A DNA stretch of 64,000 nt. It comes from an uncultured Nitrospinota bacterium. GTDB lineage: Bacteria; Tectomicrobia; Entotheonellia; J063; CAVPRW01. Numbering within the stretch: position 1 is the stretch's first letter; each line of letters begins with the position of its first letter. The notes under the pieces were generated by a model. It ran no database searches. It was given only the letters and a program-made list of their open reading frames with translations, and was not told where the DNA came from. The position numbers were made by a program, and so were the translations under genes. The DNA lies in the NCBI GenBank assembly GCA_963707985.1, contig CAVPRW010000042.1, positions 160,001 through 224,000 of the forward strand, in the 5' to 3' direction. Positions 30,155 through 41,267 of the stretch are shown here, piece by piece.

Positions 30155-31978
30155 ATGGACCCTATGCGCTTCTCGTTCTCGGACACCATTGCCGGATATG
30201 TGACCGGATACGACCGGGATAAAGACACGTTTGGCCTCAAAACCACCGACGGACGGGATTACCAAGTCAAATTCGCCTCTGGGACCTACGGCTGGATTGT
30301 CAACAACCTGAATGAACCGCGGACCTGGACCAGCCAGGATCAGATGCGGGGGCTGTTGGTGCCCGGTCGCTACTTGTTTGTGTACGGGATTTATTATCCC
30401 GAACATAGTGGGTTCACTTATGAAGCCCAGTTTATGATCTTTCCGGGCCGCAGAGAAGATAACTATGTCTTCGAACGGCAGGATTGGTGGACCAAGCAGG
30501 TGGCGGCCATTGCTGACTTTTACCTGAAGGCCCAATTCCAGGGTAAACCCATTAATTACGATGATTACCGTACCATTATCCGCCTGACCGGCGAAAAGGA
30601 AGCGGACAACTATCGCCAGGAAACCGACACCATCTCCCGCTTGGTCTACGGCTTTGCCTCAGCTTACCTGATGACCGGCGACGATCGTTATCTGGAAGGG
30701 GCTGAGAAAGGCACCGAATATCTGCGCGAGCACATGCGCTTCTATGATGCCGATGAGAAAGTGGTCTATTGGTATCACGGCATCGATGTTCAAGGACAGC
30801 GTGAGACGAAAGTCTTTGCCTCGGAATTTGGCGATGACTTTGACGCGATACCGGCCTACGAGCAAATCTATGCGCTGGCCGGTCCTATTCAAACCTATCG
30901 CATCACCGGCGACCCACGCATTCTGCAAGACGCCGAGTTAACGGTTGACCTGTTCGACCGCTTTTTCCTCGACAGGTCCAAGGGTGGATATTTCTCGCAC
31001 CTTGATCCGATTACGCTCGATCCGCGGAGCGAGGCCCTGGGCGCGAACAAAGGCAAGAAGAACTGGAACTCCGTGGGCGACCACGCCCCCGCCTATCTGA
31101 TTAACCTCTACCTGGCCACCGGCGAGAGACGCTACGCCGATTTCTTGGAATACACTTTTGATACGATCGCCCAGTATTTCCCGGACTACGACCATAGCCC
31201 CTTTGTCCAGGAGAAATTTTACGAGGATTGGTCGCACGACACCACCCATATGTGGCAGCAAAACCGGGGGGTGGTTGGCCATAACCTTAAGATTGCCTGG
31301 AACTTGATGCGCATGCACAGCCTGAAGCCCAAACAGAAGTACGAGGACATAGTCCGGCGCATCGCCGCCGAAATGCCGAAAGTCGGGATGGATAGGCAAC
31401 GCGGGGGCTGGTACGATGTGATGGAGCGCGTGCTGCGGGGTGATGAAGAAGTGCGCCGCTTTGCTTTCCACGACCGCAAAGCCTGGTGGCAGCAAGAACA
31501 GGGCATCCTGGCTTATCTGATCTTGCATGGCGTGTTGCGCGATACGGAGTACCAGAGACTGGCCCGCGAGTCGGCCGCCTTCTATAACGCCTTTTTCTTG
31601 GATCACGACGATGGCGGCGTATTCTTTAATGTCTTAGCCAACGGCATCCCCTACCTGATGGGGACGGAGCGCTTCAAGGGCAGCCACTCTATGAGTGGGT
31701 ATCACTCTACCGAACTATGCTACCTGGCGGCTACGTACACCAACTTGCTTATTACCAAGCAGCCGCTGGAATTGTACTTCAAGCCTTATCCGGGAGGCTT
31801 CAAGCGCAATATTCTGCGGGTATCGCCCGACATCCTGCCGCCCGGCAGCATACACCTCAGTGAGGTGTGGGTCAACGGGGAGCCGTATACTCATTTCGAG
31901 GCTGATAACCTTACGGTAACGGTTCCGGATAGCAAAGAAGCCGTGCAAATTAAGGTGCGCATTGAGCCCACACAGTAA
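30155..31978 (+). CDS. AGE (N-acylglucosamine 2-epimerase) family protein, Slr1855-like
   Basis: QETDTISRLVYG, GGYFSH, KNWNSVGDHAPAY, GHNLKIAWNL, KAWWQQEQ and KGSHSM.GYHS.E (alpha6/alpha6 barrel); cluster context. Confidence 0.8.
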   Translation: MDPMRFSFSDTIAGYVTGYDRDKDTFGLKTTDGRDYQVKFASGTYGWIVNNLNEPRTWTSQDQMRGLLVPGRYLFVYGIYYPEHSGFTYEAQFMIFPGRREDNYVFERQDWWTKQVAAIADFYLKAQFQGKPINYDDYRTIIRLTGEKEADNYRQETDTISRLVYGFASAYLMTGDDRYLEGAEKGTEYLREHMRFYDADEKVVYWYHGIDVQGQRETKVFASEFGDDFDAIPAYEQIYALAGPIQTYRITGDPRILQDAELTVDLFDRFFLDRSKGGYFSHLDPITLDPRSEALGANKGKKNWNSVGDHAPAYLINLYLATGERRYADFLEYTFDTIAQYFPDYDHSPFVQEKFYEDWSHDTTHMWQQNRGVVGHNLKIAWNLMRMHSLKPKQKYEDIVRRIAAEMPKVGMDRQRGGWYDVMERVLRGDEEVRRFAFHDRKAWWQQEQGILAYLILHGVLRDTEYQRLARESAAFYNAFFLDHDDGGVFFNVLANGIPYLMGTERFKGSHSMSGYHSTELCYLAATYTNLLITKQPLELYFKPYPGGFKRNILRVSPDILPPGSIHLSEVWVNGEPYTHFEADNLTVTVPDSKEAVQIKVRIEPTQ

Positions 31979-32093
31979 TTTCATGAACCAGTCGTCACTG
32001 GCCTCTGGAGTGTGAACCGTCGAGCCACGCGAGGAAGGTCAAGCCGACGTGTGATGACTCCTTGCTGAGTCAATACGACTGCGGGGAAAGACT

Positions 32094-32426
32094 ATGGAGA
32101 TCAATATCAAGTCTGTTGAACAAGTGACGGTAGTGGAGATTGCCGGTGATATCGACAGCAATACCGCGCCGCAGGCCCAAGAACGGATTCTGCCTCTGGT
32201 CCAGCCAAGCAGCAAACTGCTCCTGGATATGAGTGGCGTAGAATACATGTCCAGCGCGGGCCTGCGCGTGTTGCTATCTATGTATCGCCAGGTGTCGCGA
32301 CAAAATGGCGGTATGGTCCTAGTGGGACTGGCCGAAGAGATCAAAGACACGATGTCGATTACTGGATTCCTTAACTTCTTCACGACCCGTGATACTGTGG
32401 ACGAGGGCCTGAGAGCTCTAGCCTAA
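32094..32426 (+). CDS. Anti-sigma factor antagonist (STAS, RsbV-like)
   Basis: G.IDS.TAP and DMSGVEYMSSAGLR (phospho-Ser motif). Confidence 0.93.
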   Translation: MEINIKSVEQVTVVEIAGDIDSNTAPQAQERILPLVQPSSKLLLDMSGVEYMSSAGLRVLLSMYRQVSRQNGGMVLVGLAEEIKDTMSITGFLNFFTTRDTVDEGLRALA

Positions 32427-32444
32427 CAGATGTAAGGAGCAGGT

Positions 32445-34556
32445 ATGGAGCGAATAGACATACATCCAACCCATACCCACGGGGAATTCAAGCTGCGGGC
32501 AGGTCGTCCACTGCCCTTTGGAGCAACCCAGGTGGAAGGGGGCATCAATTTTTCCGTATCCTCCCGTCATGCCAGCTCCTGTACGCTGGTGCTGTTCAAA
32601 AAGCACCAATCGGAGCCGATGGCAGAAATCCCCTTTCCCGATGAGTTTCGAATCGGGAACGTCTTTGCCATGGTGGTGTTTGGATTAGACTATGAGAACA
32701 TTGAGTACGGCTTCCGTATGGATGGGCCCTATGACATTCGGGAGGGACATCGGTTTGATCCCACCAAGATTCTCCTGGATCCTTACGCCAAAGTCATCGG
32801 TGGTCGCGATGTCTGGGGGGGGCCGCCGGACTGGAACGACATGTACCAGCACCGGGGCCGCATCATCTTCGACGATTTCGACTGGGGATCCGACCGCTCC
32901 TTGGAAATACCCACCGAGGATCTGATTATCTATGAGGCGCACGTCCGTGGTTTTACACAGCACCCTTCATCTGGCGTCAAGCACCCAGGCACTTTCGCCG
33001 GCATCCGCGAGAAGATCCCCTATCTCAAGGAGTTGGGCGTCAATTGCATCGAGTTGATGCCCATCTTTGAGTTCGACGAGTTTGAAAACAGCCGCAGGCA
33101 CCCGGAAACGGGGGAGCTACTGTTGAACTATTGGGGTTACAGCCAGGTCGGCTTCTTCGCCCCCAAGGCCGCTTATGCAGCCACCGGAAAATTCAGCATG
33201 CAGGTTGACGAGCTCAAAGCGCTCATCAAAGACTTGCATAACAATGGCATAGAAGTGTTTCTCGACGTAGTCTTCAACCACACTGCAGAAGGGAACGAGA
33301 ACGGCCCCACCATCTCATTTCGCGGCATCGACAACCAGACCTATTACATGCTCACCCCCGAGGGTTACTACTACAACTTCAGTGGGACCGGTAACACCCT
33401 CAATTGCAATAATCCGATGGTACGCAACATGGTGCTGGACTCCCTGCGCTACTGGGCGGCAGAATACCACATCGATGGCTTCCGCTTTGACCTGGCTTCC
33501 ATCCTGGGGCGCGACCCCTGGGGTGCCCCGCTCTCAAACCCGCCATTGCTAGAAACCCTGGCCTTCGATCCCATCCTGGCCAAGTGCAAACTCATCGCCG
33601 AGGCATGGGACGCCGGTGGACTCTATCAGGTCGGTTCCTTTCCCTCGTATGGGCGTTGGGCGGAGTGGAACGGCAAGTACCGCGACGCCGTCCGCAAGTT
33701 CCTGAAGGGGGAAATGGGCCTGGTTGGGGAGATGGCCCAGCGGATACAGGGGTCACCAGACCTGTATCGGTGGCGCGGTCCCACCGCTTCCATCAATTTC
33801 ATCACGGCGCACGATGGCTTCACCCTTGGTGATCTGGTCTCGTATAACGAGAAGCACAACGAAGCCAATGGAGAAAACAACAACGACGGCGGTAACGACA
33901 ATGACAGCTGGAACTGCGGCTGGGAGGGACCTACCGACGATCCGGAAATTAACGCCCTGCGTTGCCGACAGATCAAGAACGCTGCGGCTATTTTAGCAGT
34001 GAGCCAGGGAGTGCCCATGATCCTTATGGGCGATGAGATCGCGCGCACCCAACGAGGGAACAACAACGCCTATTGCCACGACAATGAACTGAGCTGGATG
34101 GATTGGACGCTGCTGAAATCGAATGCCGACCTCTTTCGGTTCTTCAAGAACTGTATCGCTTTTCGCAAGGCCCATGTAGTGCTGCGAAACCGCACCCACT
34201 TGCGGAACCAGGACTATGTGGGAAGTGGGTATCCCGATATTAGCTGGCATGGAGTCCGGGCGTGGCAACCCGACTGGTCCGGCTCGAGTCGCGTCCTTGC
34301 CTTTATGCTCTGTGGCAAACATGCGAACAATGGGGAAGGCCAGGACAACTACATCTACGTGGTGATGAATATGTATTGGGAGGCCCACCTGTTCGAATTA
34401 CCGGGACTGCCGCAGGGAATGCAATGGTACGTCTCCACCAATACGATAGCGACTCCCCCCGAGGACATCTGGGAGCCCGGCCGCGAACCCTTGGTAAAGG
34501 ACCAGCATCAATTCCATGTGGGACCACGTTCCATTGTGATTCTGGTGGGCAAGTAG
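32445..34556 (+). CDS. glgX: Glycogen debranching enzyme / isoamylase (GH13)
   Basis: NYWGY, DVVFNHTAEG, DGFRFDLAS, IAEAWD, INFITAHDGFTL and GNNNAYCHDNE motifs. Confidence 0.96.
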   Translation: MERIDIHPTHTHGEFKLRAGRPLPFGATQVEGGINFSVSSRHASSCTLVLFKKHQSEPMAEIPFPDEFRIGNVFAMVVFGLDYENIEYGFRMDGPYDIREGHRFDPTKILLDPYAKVIGGRDVWGGPPDWNDMYQHRGRIIFDDFDWGSDRSLEIPTEDLIIYEAHVRGFTQHPSSGVKHPGTFAGIREKIPYLKELGVNCIELMPIFEFDEFENSRRHPETGELLLNYWGYSQVGFFAPKAAYAATGKFSMQVDELKALIKDLHNNGIEVFLDVVFNHTAEGNENGPTISFRGIDNQTYYMLTPEGYYYNFSGTGNTLNCNNPMVRNMVLDSLRYWAAEYHIDGFRFDLASILGRDPWGAPLSNPPLLETLAFDPILAKCKLIAEAWDAGGLYQVGSFPSYGRWAEWNGKYRDAVRKFLKGEMGLVGEMAQRIQGSPDLYRWRGPTASINFITAHDGFTLGDLVSYNEKHNEANGENNNDGGNDNDSWNCGWEGPTDDPEINALRCRQIKNAAAILAVSQGVPMILMGDEIARTQRGNNNAYCHDNELSWMDWTLLKSNADLFRFFKNCIAFRKAHVVLRNRTHLRNQDYVGSGYPDISWHGVRAWQPDWSGSSRVLAFMLCGKHANNGEGQDNYIYVVMNMYWEAHLFELPGLPQGMQWYVSTNTIATPPEDIWEPGREPLVKDQHQFHVGPRSIVILVGK

Positions 34557-34583
34557 CCAGTTGTGCAATGAAAGGAGAGGCTC

Positions 34584-34922
34584 ATGGCTTTTCGCGCAAC
34601 AACGATGATTGACTCCGGTATCGCAAAGATCACTATGGCTGGGCAACTCGATGCCAGCATGGCTCCCGTCTTCCAGAAAGAGGTAGAGCACGCGGAGGCC
34701 CAAAAGGTCAAACGTCTTGTGCTCTTGATGTCAGAATTGGAGTATATTTCCAGCGCGGGTCTGCGAGCCTTGGTCTTTACGAAGCAAAAGATGGGCCGTG
34801 ACGTTGATATCTATGTGATTGGCGCTCAGCAACAGGTCCTGGACACTCTACAGATGACTGGATTTAATCGCAGTGTCATCGCCCTAGATACTTACGATGC
34901 AGGCACAATAGAAAACATATAG
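34584..34922 (+). CDS. Anti-sigma factor antagonist (STAS)
   Basis: GQLDASMAP and LEYISSAGLR motifs. Confidence 0.92.
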   Translation: MAFRATTMIDSGIAKITMAGQLDASMAPVFQKEVEHAEAQKVKRLVLLMSELEYISSAGLRALVFTKQKMGRDVDIYVIGAQQQVLDTLQMTGFNRSVIALDTYDAGTIENI

Positions 34923-34940
34923 CTCTCTGGAGCCATCGGT

Positions 34941-35378
34941 ATGAAGGCCTTGACCGTACCTGCAACGCTGGAGTCTCTGGGGACCATTGCTGAATACGTG
35001 ATGGCGGCAGCTGCTTCAGCCGGCCTGGACAGACGAGCCAGCTACCGCCTGCGTCTGGCCGTTGATGAGATCACCACCAATATCATTGTCTACGGTCATG
35101 CCAACGCGGGTCTCCAGGGCGTGCTAGAACTACGTGCGGATATGGACGACAAAACCCTCATGATCTCGATCGAAGATTCGGGTGTTGCCTACGACCCGCG
35201 GCAAGCCCCGGTCCCCGATACCGATCTGCCGCTAGAGCAACGTCCTATCGGCGGGCTTGGAATCTATCTCGCCATTCGGAGTGTCGACGAATTCCTCTAC
35301 GAACATGTGGGAGACCGCAATCGAACGATCCTCAAAATGCATCTGCCTCCGACCTCTTCAGAAGAAGACAGAGCGTGA
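34941..35378 (+). CDS. Anti-sigma factor Ser/Thr kinase (RsbW-like)
   Basis: LAVDEITTNII (N box), IEDSG..YDP and RPIGGLGIYL (G boxes). Confidence 0.92.
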   Translation: MKALTVPATLESLGTIAEYVMAAAASAGLDRRASYRLRLAVDEITTNIIVYGHANAGLQGVLELRADMDDKTLMISIEDSGVAYDPRQAPVPDTDLPLEQRPIGGLGIYLAIRSVDEFLYEHVGDRNRTILKMHLPPTSSEEDRA

Positions 35379-35512
35379 CCGCATCCAGCGAGCCCAACTC
35401 ACATAAGAGGGTGGTAGTGCCATTATGATCCTTAGGGCGCCACGACACGAGCCCAGGCCAAGAGCTGGATCTCCGTGCCAGAAAAGGTGACGAAGACACG
35501 GATGGAGTCCGC

Positions 35513-37174
35513 GTGACAATTCGAACAAAGTTTAGTCTTTCTTCCCTTATAGTCCTCGCTTTACTTGCTGTGCTAATCGATGGCGGTTTAATCTTTCTGG
35601 TCCGAGCGAAGGAGGAAGTAGCCGCAGGGCACAAGATGGCCGCTAGTCTTGTGCGGGCTGTAGGTGACATACGAGGACACTGGCTTCAAGTGAACGATGA
35701 AGTCAACGATCTAATCCGTCGCGGATACAATGCCAAAGATTTCGACCAGTATAAAGCTGCGATCGAAAGCTACGTGGAGAGCCTCAAAAAGTTGGAATTC
35801 ATGATACCTATGGCTCCAGACCTGGAGATTCTCCAGACTGGACTCAATATGGTCGTCGAATTGTCAGTACAGATTGCCACGCTCGTGTCGACTGATTCAC
35901 ATGAGCCCTCCTCGATCCAGTCAGCTATTGCCGCTGCAATCGGCGAAAGGGCGGATGCGCTTGATGCATTGGGAGATGAAATTGAAGAGGATTTGCTCGG
36001 GCTAATCAAGAAGTCTGAGCAGCGGGAGTCTCTGGCGGTTGAGCACGTGGAACGGCTAGAAGCGTTCATTCGAATGTTTGCGTTAGCCATCTTTGGCATG
36101 ATTTTTCTGGTCATCGGTGGGCAATATCTGTTGATCCTTCGCCCTATTACGAACTCTATCCAAAAACTGGTGTTTGGGGCAACAGAAATCGGGAAAAAAA
36201 ACTTAGATTATCGCCTGGACATCCATACAAGGGACGAAATCGAACAATTGGGCCATGAGTTCAATCAAATGGCAGCAAACGTTTGTATGTCTTACCGCGC
36301 AATAGAAGCCGCCAAAGAGCAGATTGAGGTCTACTCACAAGCCCTTAAAGGTGAGCTTGACAAAGGCCGACAGCTCCAGGAGGATTTTCTGCCTTATGGG
36401 CTGCCACAACTACCTGGTTGGGATCTTGCGGCGTCTCTGAAACCCGCTCGTGATGTCTCAGGGGATTTTTACGATGCCTTTATACTCCCCGATAACCTCG
36501 TGGCGATAGTCATTGGCGACGTCTGCGACAAGGGCGTCGGCTCAGCGCTTTTTATGGCCCTCTGCCGTAGTTTGTTGCGGATCTTTTCCATTCGGCTTGA
36601 CCCGGATAGCTTCGCTATGCAAATCGGCGATCAGGCAAGCGGTATAGTGAGAGCCCGGAATCCGCAACTAGCAACCAGTTCAGGGCCTACAAACCTCCTG
36701 AATGCTGTCGGGTTCACTAACAGTTATATCGCCCAGACTCACAGCCATACGAATATGTTCACGACCCTTTTCTTCGGTATCTTGGACCCGGCAACAGGCA
36801 TACTACGATATATCAACGGTGGGCATGAGCCTCCTGCGATCCTGGGTGCGGGCGGCATCAAAGCGCGACTTACCCCTACCGGTCCAGCTGTTGGCTTGTT
36901 TCCCGATGTCAGCTTTGAAGTGCGTCAAATCGACCTCGAAGCAGGCGACATGCTGCTAGCCTATACCGACGGCGTCACTGATGCGCGAAATCCGAGCGGA
37001 GAGCGCTTCACGCAAGAGCGACTGCTGTTGCTATTGGAGCACCCCCTCACCTCTGCGGCTGCTCTTCTGGATACCGTTGAGAGTCGCTTACAGGTCCACA
37101 TTGCTGATGCAGTCCAGTTTGATGACATTACGTTACTTGCTGTGCGACGAGCACGTGCCGCCGAAGCATCATAG
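35513..37174 (+). CDS. Membrane HAMP + PP2C phosphatase (IcfG/RsbU-like)
   Basis: Two TM helices, HAMP (DEIEQLGHEFNQM), VSGDFYD, GDVCDKGVGSALFM, YTDGVTDA and QFDDITL. Confidence 0.9.
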   Translation: MTIRTKFSLSSLIVLALLAVLIDGGLIFLVRAKEEVAAGHKMAASLVRAVGDIRGHWLQVNDEVNDLIRRGYNAKDFDQYKAAIESYVESLKKLEFMIPMAPDLEILQTGLNMVVELSVQIATLVSTDSHEPSSIQSAIAAAIGERADALDALGDEIEEDLLGLIKKSEQRESLAVEHVERLEAFIRMFALAIFGMIFLVIGGQYLLILRPITNSIQKLVFGATEIGKKNLDYRLDIHTRDEIEQLGHEFNQMAANVCMSYRAIEAAKEQIEVYSQALKGELDKGRQLQEDFLPYGLPQLPGWDLAASLKPARDVSGDFYDAFILPDNLVAIVIGDVCDKGVGSALFMALCRSLLRIFSIRLDPDSFAMQIGDQASGIVRARNPQLATSSGPTNLLNAVGFTNSYIAQTHSHTNMFTTLFFGILDPATGILRYINGGHEPPAILGAGGIKARLTPTGPAVGLFPDVSFEVRQIDLEAGDMLLAYTDGVTDARNPSGERFTQERLLLLLEHPLTSAAALLDTVESRLQVHIADAVQFDDITLLAVRRARAAEAS

Positions 37175-37370
37175 GCGATTCAGGAGCTGACCACAACATG
37201 GCGCCGAACATAGTTCTAGAGCTCATGATGTCATGACCACTCAAACGCCAACTCTAGCCGTCATGCTGCTGGCTAGCCGACAGGCAGGACGGTAATGCTA
37301 TGGCCTCTGCACCGCCCGGCCTTCCTTTGAATCGGAGTCGTTCGGCATACCACTAAAAGGAGAGGAAGGT

Positions 37371-38087
37371 ATGAGGTCGACAAAAAGAATTCTCATCGTT
37401 GTTGCTAACCCAGCTGTGTCTACCACTACCGGCTGGCCGGTCCGGTTCTGGGCTGCAGAGCTTATTCATCCCTATGATGCCTTCACACGAAACGGGTACG
37501 ACGTCATCATTGCCAGCCCCAATGGTGGAAGGGTTGAAGTGGATGCGTACTCCGATCCACGAGATGCCAGCGGCTATTCGAAAAACGACACGCTGAGCCT
37601 GGACTATCTCAACAATCCAGAATTCGCCGGGCTCCTGGAGAATACGCCCAATGTCGCGACGCTCAACCCGGCGGACTTCGAGGCGATTGTGGTCATTGGC
37701 GGGCAGTCTCCGATGTTCACCTTCAAAGCTGCCGTCACCTTACAGCAGCTTTTCACGGACTTTTACCGTACAGGCAAGGTGAGTGCTCCGCAGTGCGATG
37801 GGACCTCTTTACTCCTGTACCTGAAGGAAGCTACTGGGGAGCCCTTCGTCAGGGGCAAGACCATGACAGGCTTTGCCAATAGAGAGGAAGATTTCGCTGA
37901 TCAGATTGTGGGTCAAAAGCTCATGCCGTTCTGGATCGAGGACGAAGCGCGGCAGCTAGGTGCAAACTTTATTGCCGCGCCTGCGTTCCAGCCACATGCC
38001 GTGCGTGACCGTCACCTCATCACAAGCCAGCAGCAATTCAGCGGCGGTGAAGTCGCAAAGCTGGTGCTTGAAGCCCTCCAAGCATAG
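37371..38087 (+). CDS. DJ-1/PfpI (type 1 glutamine amidotransferase-like) protein, degenerate paralog of 60687
   Basis: FWAAELIHPY and GGQSPM; the nucleophile elbow reads PQCDG, against ALCHG in the paralog. Confidence 0.85.
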   Translation: MRSTKRILIVVANPAVSTTTGWPVRFWAAELIHPYDAFTRNGYDVIIASPNGGRVEVDAYSDPRDASGYSKNDTLSLDYLNNPEFAGLLENTPNVATLNPADFEAIVVIGGQSPMFTFKAAVTLQQLFTDFYRTGKVSAPQCDGTSLLLYLKEATGEPFVRGKTMTGFANREEDFADQIVGQKLMPFWIEDEARQLGANFIAAPAFQPHAVRDRHLITSQQQFSGGEVAKLVLEALQA

Positions 38088-38250
38088 TAGCTCAAGGGGT
38101 AGACATGGCCTCCAGAATCCTGCAATTAGCGGAGCATAGAAGACATGTACAGCGGAGATTCATCGCCTCATGCACCGGACTCGCGGGCTGCCTCATGAAC
38201 TGCGACAGGTGCTTGGCGGCGATGTCGTTTCCGACAAGGGAGTGGGAACG

Positions 38251-38913
38251 ATGAGTGAGCCCAACGAGCTCACCATGCAGCAGGAGAAGGAGACCGGGCG
38301 TATCGAGGCGTTCAGCGACGGGGTATTCGCGATCGCCATTACGCTACTCATTCTGGAGATCAAGGTGCCGAACGCGCATGAGCTCGGCGCAGTCGGAGGG
38401 CTCGGGGCGGCCCTGCTCAAACTCTGGCCGAGCTATCTGGCCTTCGTCACCAGCTTCGCAACGATCCTGGTGATGTGGGTGAATCACCACCGGCTGTTCA
38501 ACCACATCCGGCGGATCGATCATGCCTTCCTCTTTTGGAACGGCCTCTTGCTGTTCCTGGTGACGTTTGTCCCGTTTCCGACGGCGCTCCTGGCCGAGTA
38601 TCTGCCTCATGCAGAGGCACGTCTCGCAGCCAGCGTGTACTCGGGGACCTTCGTCGCGGTCGCCCTGGCCTTCATGGGGCTCTGGTGGCATGCGTCGACG
38701 GACCGGCGGCTCTTGGCTCGGGCCGTGAACACCGCAGAGGTGGAGGAGATCACACGGCAATATCGCTTCGGGCCACTGTCATATCTGGCCGCCTTCATCG
38801 CCTCGTTCTTCTCGGTATGGCTGAGTCTGGGTATCTGCCTCGGTTTGGCCGTGTTCTTTGCCTCCAGGGGTCTTCCTGCCAGCCGGCCGCAGCCGTCGGA
38901 GCACCACACCTGA
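38251..38913 (+). CDS. TMEM175-family potassium channel
   Basis: RIEAFSDGVFAIAITLL signature, W.NHH and about 6 TM helices. Confidence 0.92.
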   Translation: MSEPNELTMQQEKETGRIEAFSDGVFAIAITLLILEIKVPNAHELGAVGGLGAALLKLWPSYLAFVTSFATILVMWVNHHRLFNHIRRIDHAFLFWNGLLLFLVTFVPFPTALLAEYLPHAEARLAASVYSGTFVAVALAFMGLWWHASTDRRLLARAVNTAEVEEITRQYRFGPLSYLAAFIASFFSVWLSLGICLGLAVFFASRGLPASRPQPSEHHT

Positions 38914-38995
38914 CCATTATGAGGTCCGCAGTTGTGAAGAGGTCAACCAGTTCAGTGAGCGGGAGCTTTGTCGCATTTGGGTGCTCGCGAAGCCG
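38904..38995 (+). repeat. 92-bp dispersed repeat, copy 1 (IS end/MITE-like)
   Basis: Matches 61475-61566 with 5 mismatches by eye. Confidence 0.85.
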
Positions 38996-39639
38996 GCATC
39001 ATCCTTGCTCAGGCAGTTCTACCCGAGCCAGGCGAAGGTGCGTTCGATAGGGCAGCCGTAAAGGCCCTGTTTGCCCCACGCTCAGCGGCCTTATGCAGCC
39101 GCTCCCAGGCCGGACGGTCGAGCCGGGTGCCTTGGTAGCCCTCTCCCCGGTCAACATGGCATGCCTCAAGCGTCCAGCCTTCCATAGTCCTGGACCCGGA
39201 GACGCGCGCCTAGGTGGCGACGTCGCTGGGGTACCTCCAAGCTGGCGTCGATCGCCGCGGCCGGCTCGTCTGCCGCGGGCACAGGTCGCCGTTGCTCGCT
39301 CCCAATCTGCAGCAAGTGCTGATCGAGCTGCTGCCACCGCCGCTCGCCTGCGAACCTGTGGATAACCCGGCAGCGCATCGTCCGCGCCTTGGCTGACGCG
39401 CTATAGAGCCGCCGTCCACCGTTCCATACCGGGAGGGAGCACGGTGGCCTGAGACTGAATCGCGGCGCCTCCCTGCACCCGACCCACCGCAAACGCCATT
39501 TTGGCTCAGCCTTGCTGCCCCAGCTGATAGCCCCAGCTGATAATGCGGAGCGGACTCTTGGACCGAGAACGCCTGATGGCCACTATCTCACGCGCCTCCT
39601 GCGTGATCATTCGCTCCGCCCTCTTGCTGCGGGTATTAC

Positions 39640-40200
39640 AGGGCTTGTGCACTATCGTACTGTGCAGCTTGACGTCCATCAGGCCACCGTGGTCGCGCGG
39701 CGTCCTGGCTGAGGCCGGCGGCGCATCAGTGAGGTGCGGACCTTCGGGATCACCACGGCTGCTCTGTTGGCCATGGCTAATTGGCTAATGGAGCAAGGGG
39801 TGACTCACGTGGCAATGGAGAGCACAGCGGTCTATGTGTTCAACGTCCCGGAGCACGCCTCCGCGGTCATCCTGGCCAATGTCCCGCACTAGAAGACGGT
39901 GCCTGACTGCAAGACCGACCGGACACGCCGGGGCAAGCCCTGGCTGAAGCTAGTGCGGGTGGAGTGTGTCGGGGAGGCCGGCCGCGCCGGGCGGATGAAT
40001 CGGGTCGCCCAGGACGCCCGGCTGGAGCGCCACTGGGCGAAGAAGGCCGCGCTTGCCATGGGGCACAGCATCCTGATGGCCCCGTATTACATCCTGCGAA
40101 ATGGCGTGCCTAACCATGGTCGTGGTCCTGCCCACTGCCATTGCCTGGCCACCGACCGGCTCACGCGCCATTATGTCTAGGGACTGGAGGAACTGGGCCA
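39640..40200 (+). pseudogene. IS110-family transposase remnant
   Basis: LDVHQATVVA, GVTHVAMEST.VY, KTVP..KTD, G.PWL and KKAALAMGHSIL...YYILR with stops and deletions. Confidence 0.75.
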
Positions 40201-40281
40201 CCGTGTTCCCCTCCATGCGGCGGTTGCGTGAGAAAAAGGTTAAGGCTTTCTGGGGAACGTCGGGTCTATTTCACTTTTTGC

Positions 40282-40310
40282 TTGACATCAGAGCCATCTG
40301 CCATTACTCT
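40282..40310 (+). promoter_or_regulatory. Putative sigma70 promoter TTGACA-17-TACTCT
   Basis: Consensus -35 with canonical spacing. Confidence 0.45.
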
Positions 40311-40508
40311 CAGCGCCACTTTCCTTCGCATTAGCATTACCAAGAACCCTTACCACCATACAACGAGATCGACGCAAAGCCCATAGGCCTCTAGCCTGTT
40401 CCACGAAGGAGCGATAGCACCGGTGGCTGAGCTGGCTTCTTACTACTATCCCGCATAATTTCCGCCGGAGTCACGGAGGTTTGAGGCAGCAGCCAAAAAG
40501 AGTGAACA

Positions 40509-40763
40509 ATGCCACTCCTCATCCTCCTCACTGGCGAAGCGGGAAATACAGGTAGCCAGGTTGTCAAACAGCTCATTGTCAAAGGTGCGTCAACGCATGC
40601 GCTCGTTCGTGATTCGAACGGAGCAGCATCAATTAAAGGGTCTGGTATCGACATCATTGTGGGTGATTTCAGTCAGCCCGAAACCCTCGCCCAAGTACTA
40701 GCGGCTGTTGAGCGGGTCTTTCTGCTTTCGCCGCCCAGTCCGCAGAGTGAAGATGACAATTAA
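40509..40763 (+). pseudogene. NmrA/SDR-family NAD(P)-binding protein fragment
   Basis: ILLTG..GNTGS.VV..L....ALVRD and GDF..PETL...L..VERVFLL; truncated. Confidence 0.75.
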
Positions 40764-41267
40764 TTGAGGCCTGGTGATAATTGATGCTGTCCTCCGTAAG
40801 GGATTGATGCCCTGGCCAAGATGTAGGTGTTGCTCATGCTGATAGCGCAACACGAACTGATACACGACCACCGCACCCAAGGCGAGCAGTTGCGAGCGCT
40901 GCAAGCCCTTAACCGGGCTTTTCACCCGGCACTCAAAGACGTTCTTTTACAAGCACAAGCTGTTGAAGGGTTCGATGGCTTGAGAGCCCAGTTGATGAAA
41001 CACTTTCCGGACCGCGACGTCGCTATCCCGATGGGGATATGCGCCACGACGAAGCTCTGGAACGAGGAGCACGGGACCCGCATCATCATCCGGCAGGTGA
41101 AATATGGGAGTTAGCCAGCAGTATCTTCCCAAGGGGGTACACCAGAGTCTGCAGCTCCTGGTTTTCCGCCATGGCCACCAGGGGGAGTAGACGGGGCGTC
41201 GCGGGAGATTACCCAGTTAGCTATGAGATATTCTCATTTGGGAAAACTTCCCAGGATGGAGGGCATT

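Noticed and set aside
40827..41114. 95-aa ORF as a functional gene
   Set aside because: Possibly a real fragment, but I recognise no family or clear RBS, and it lies among pseudogene debris.
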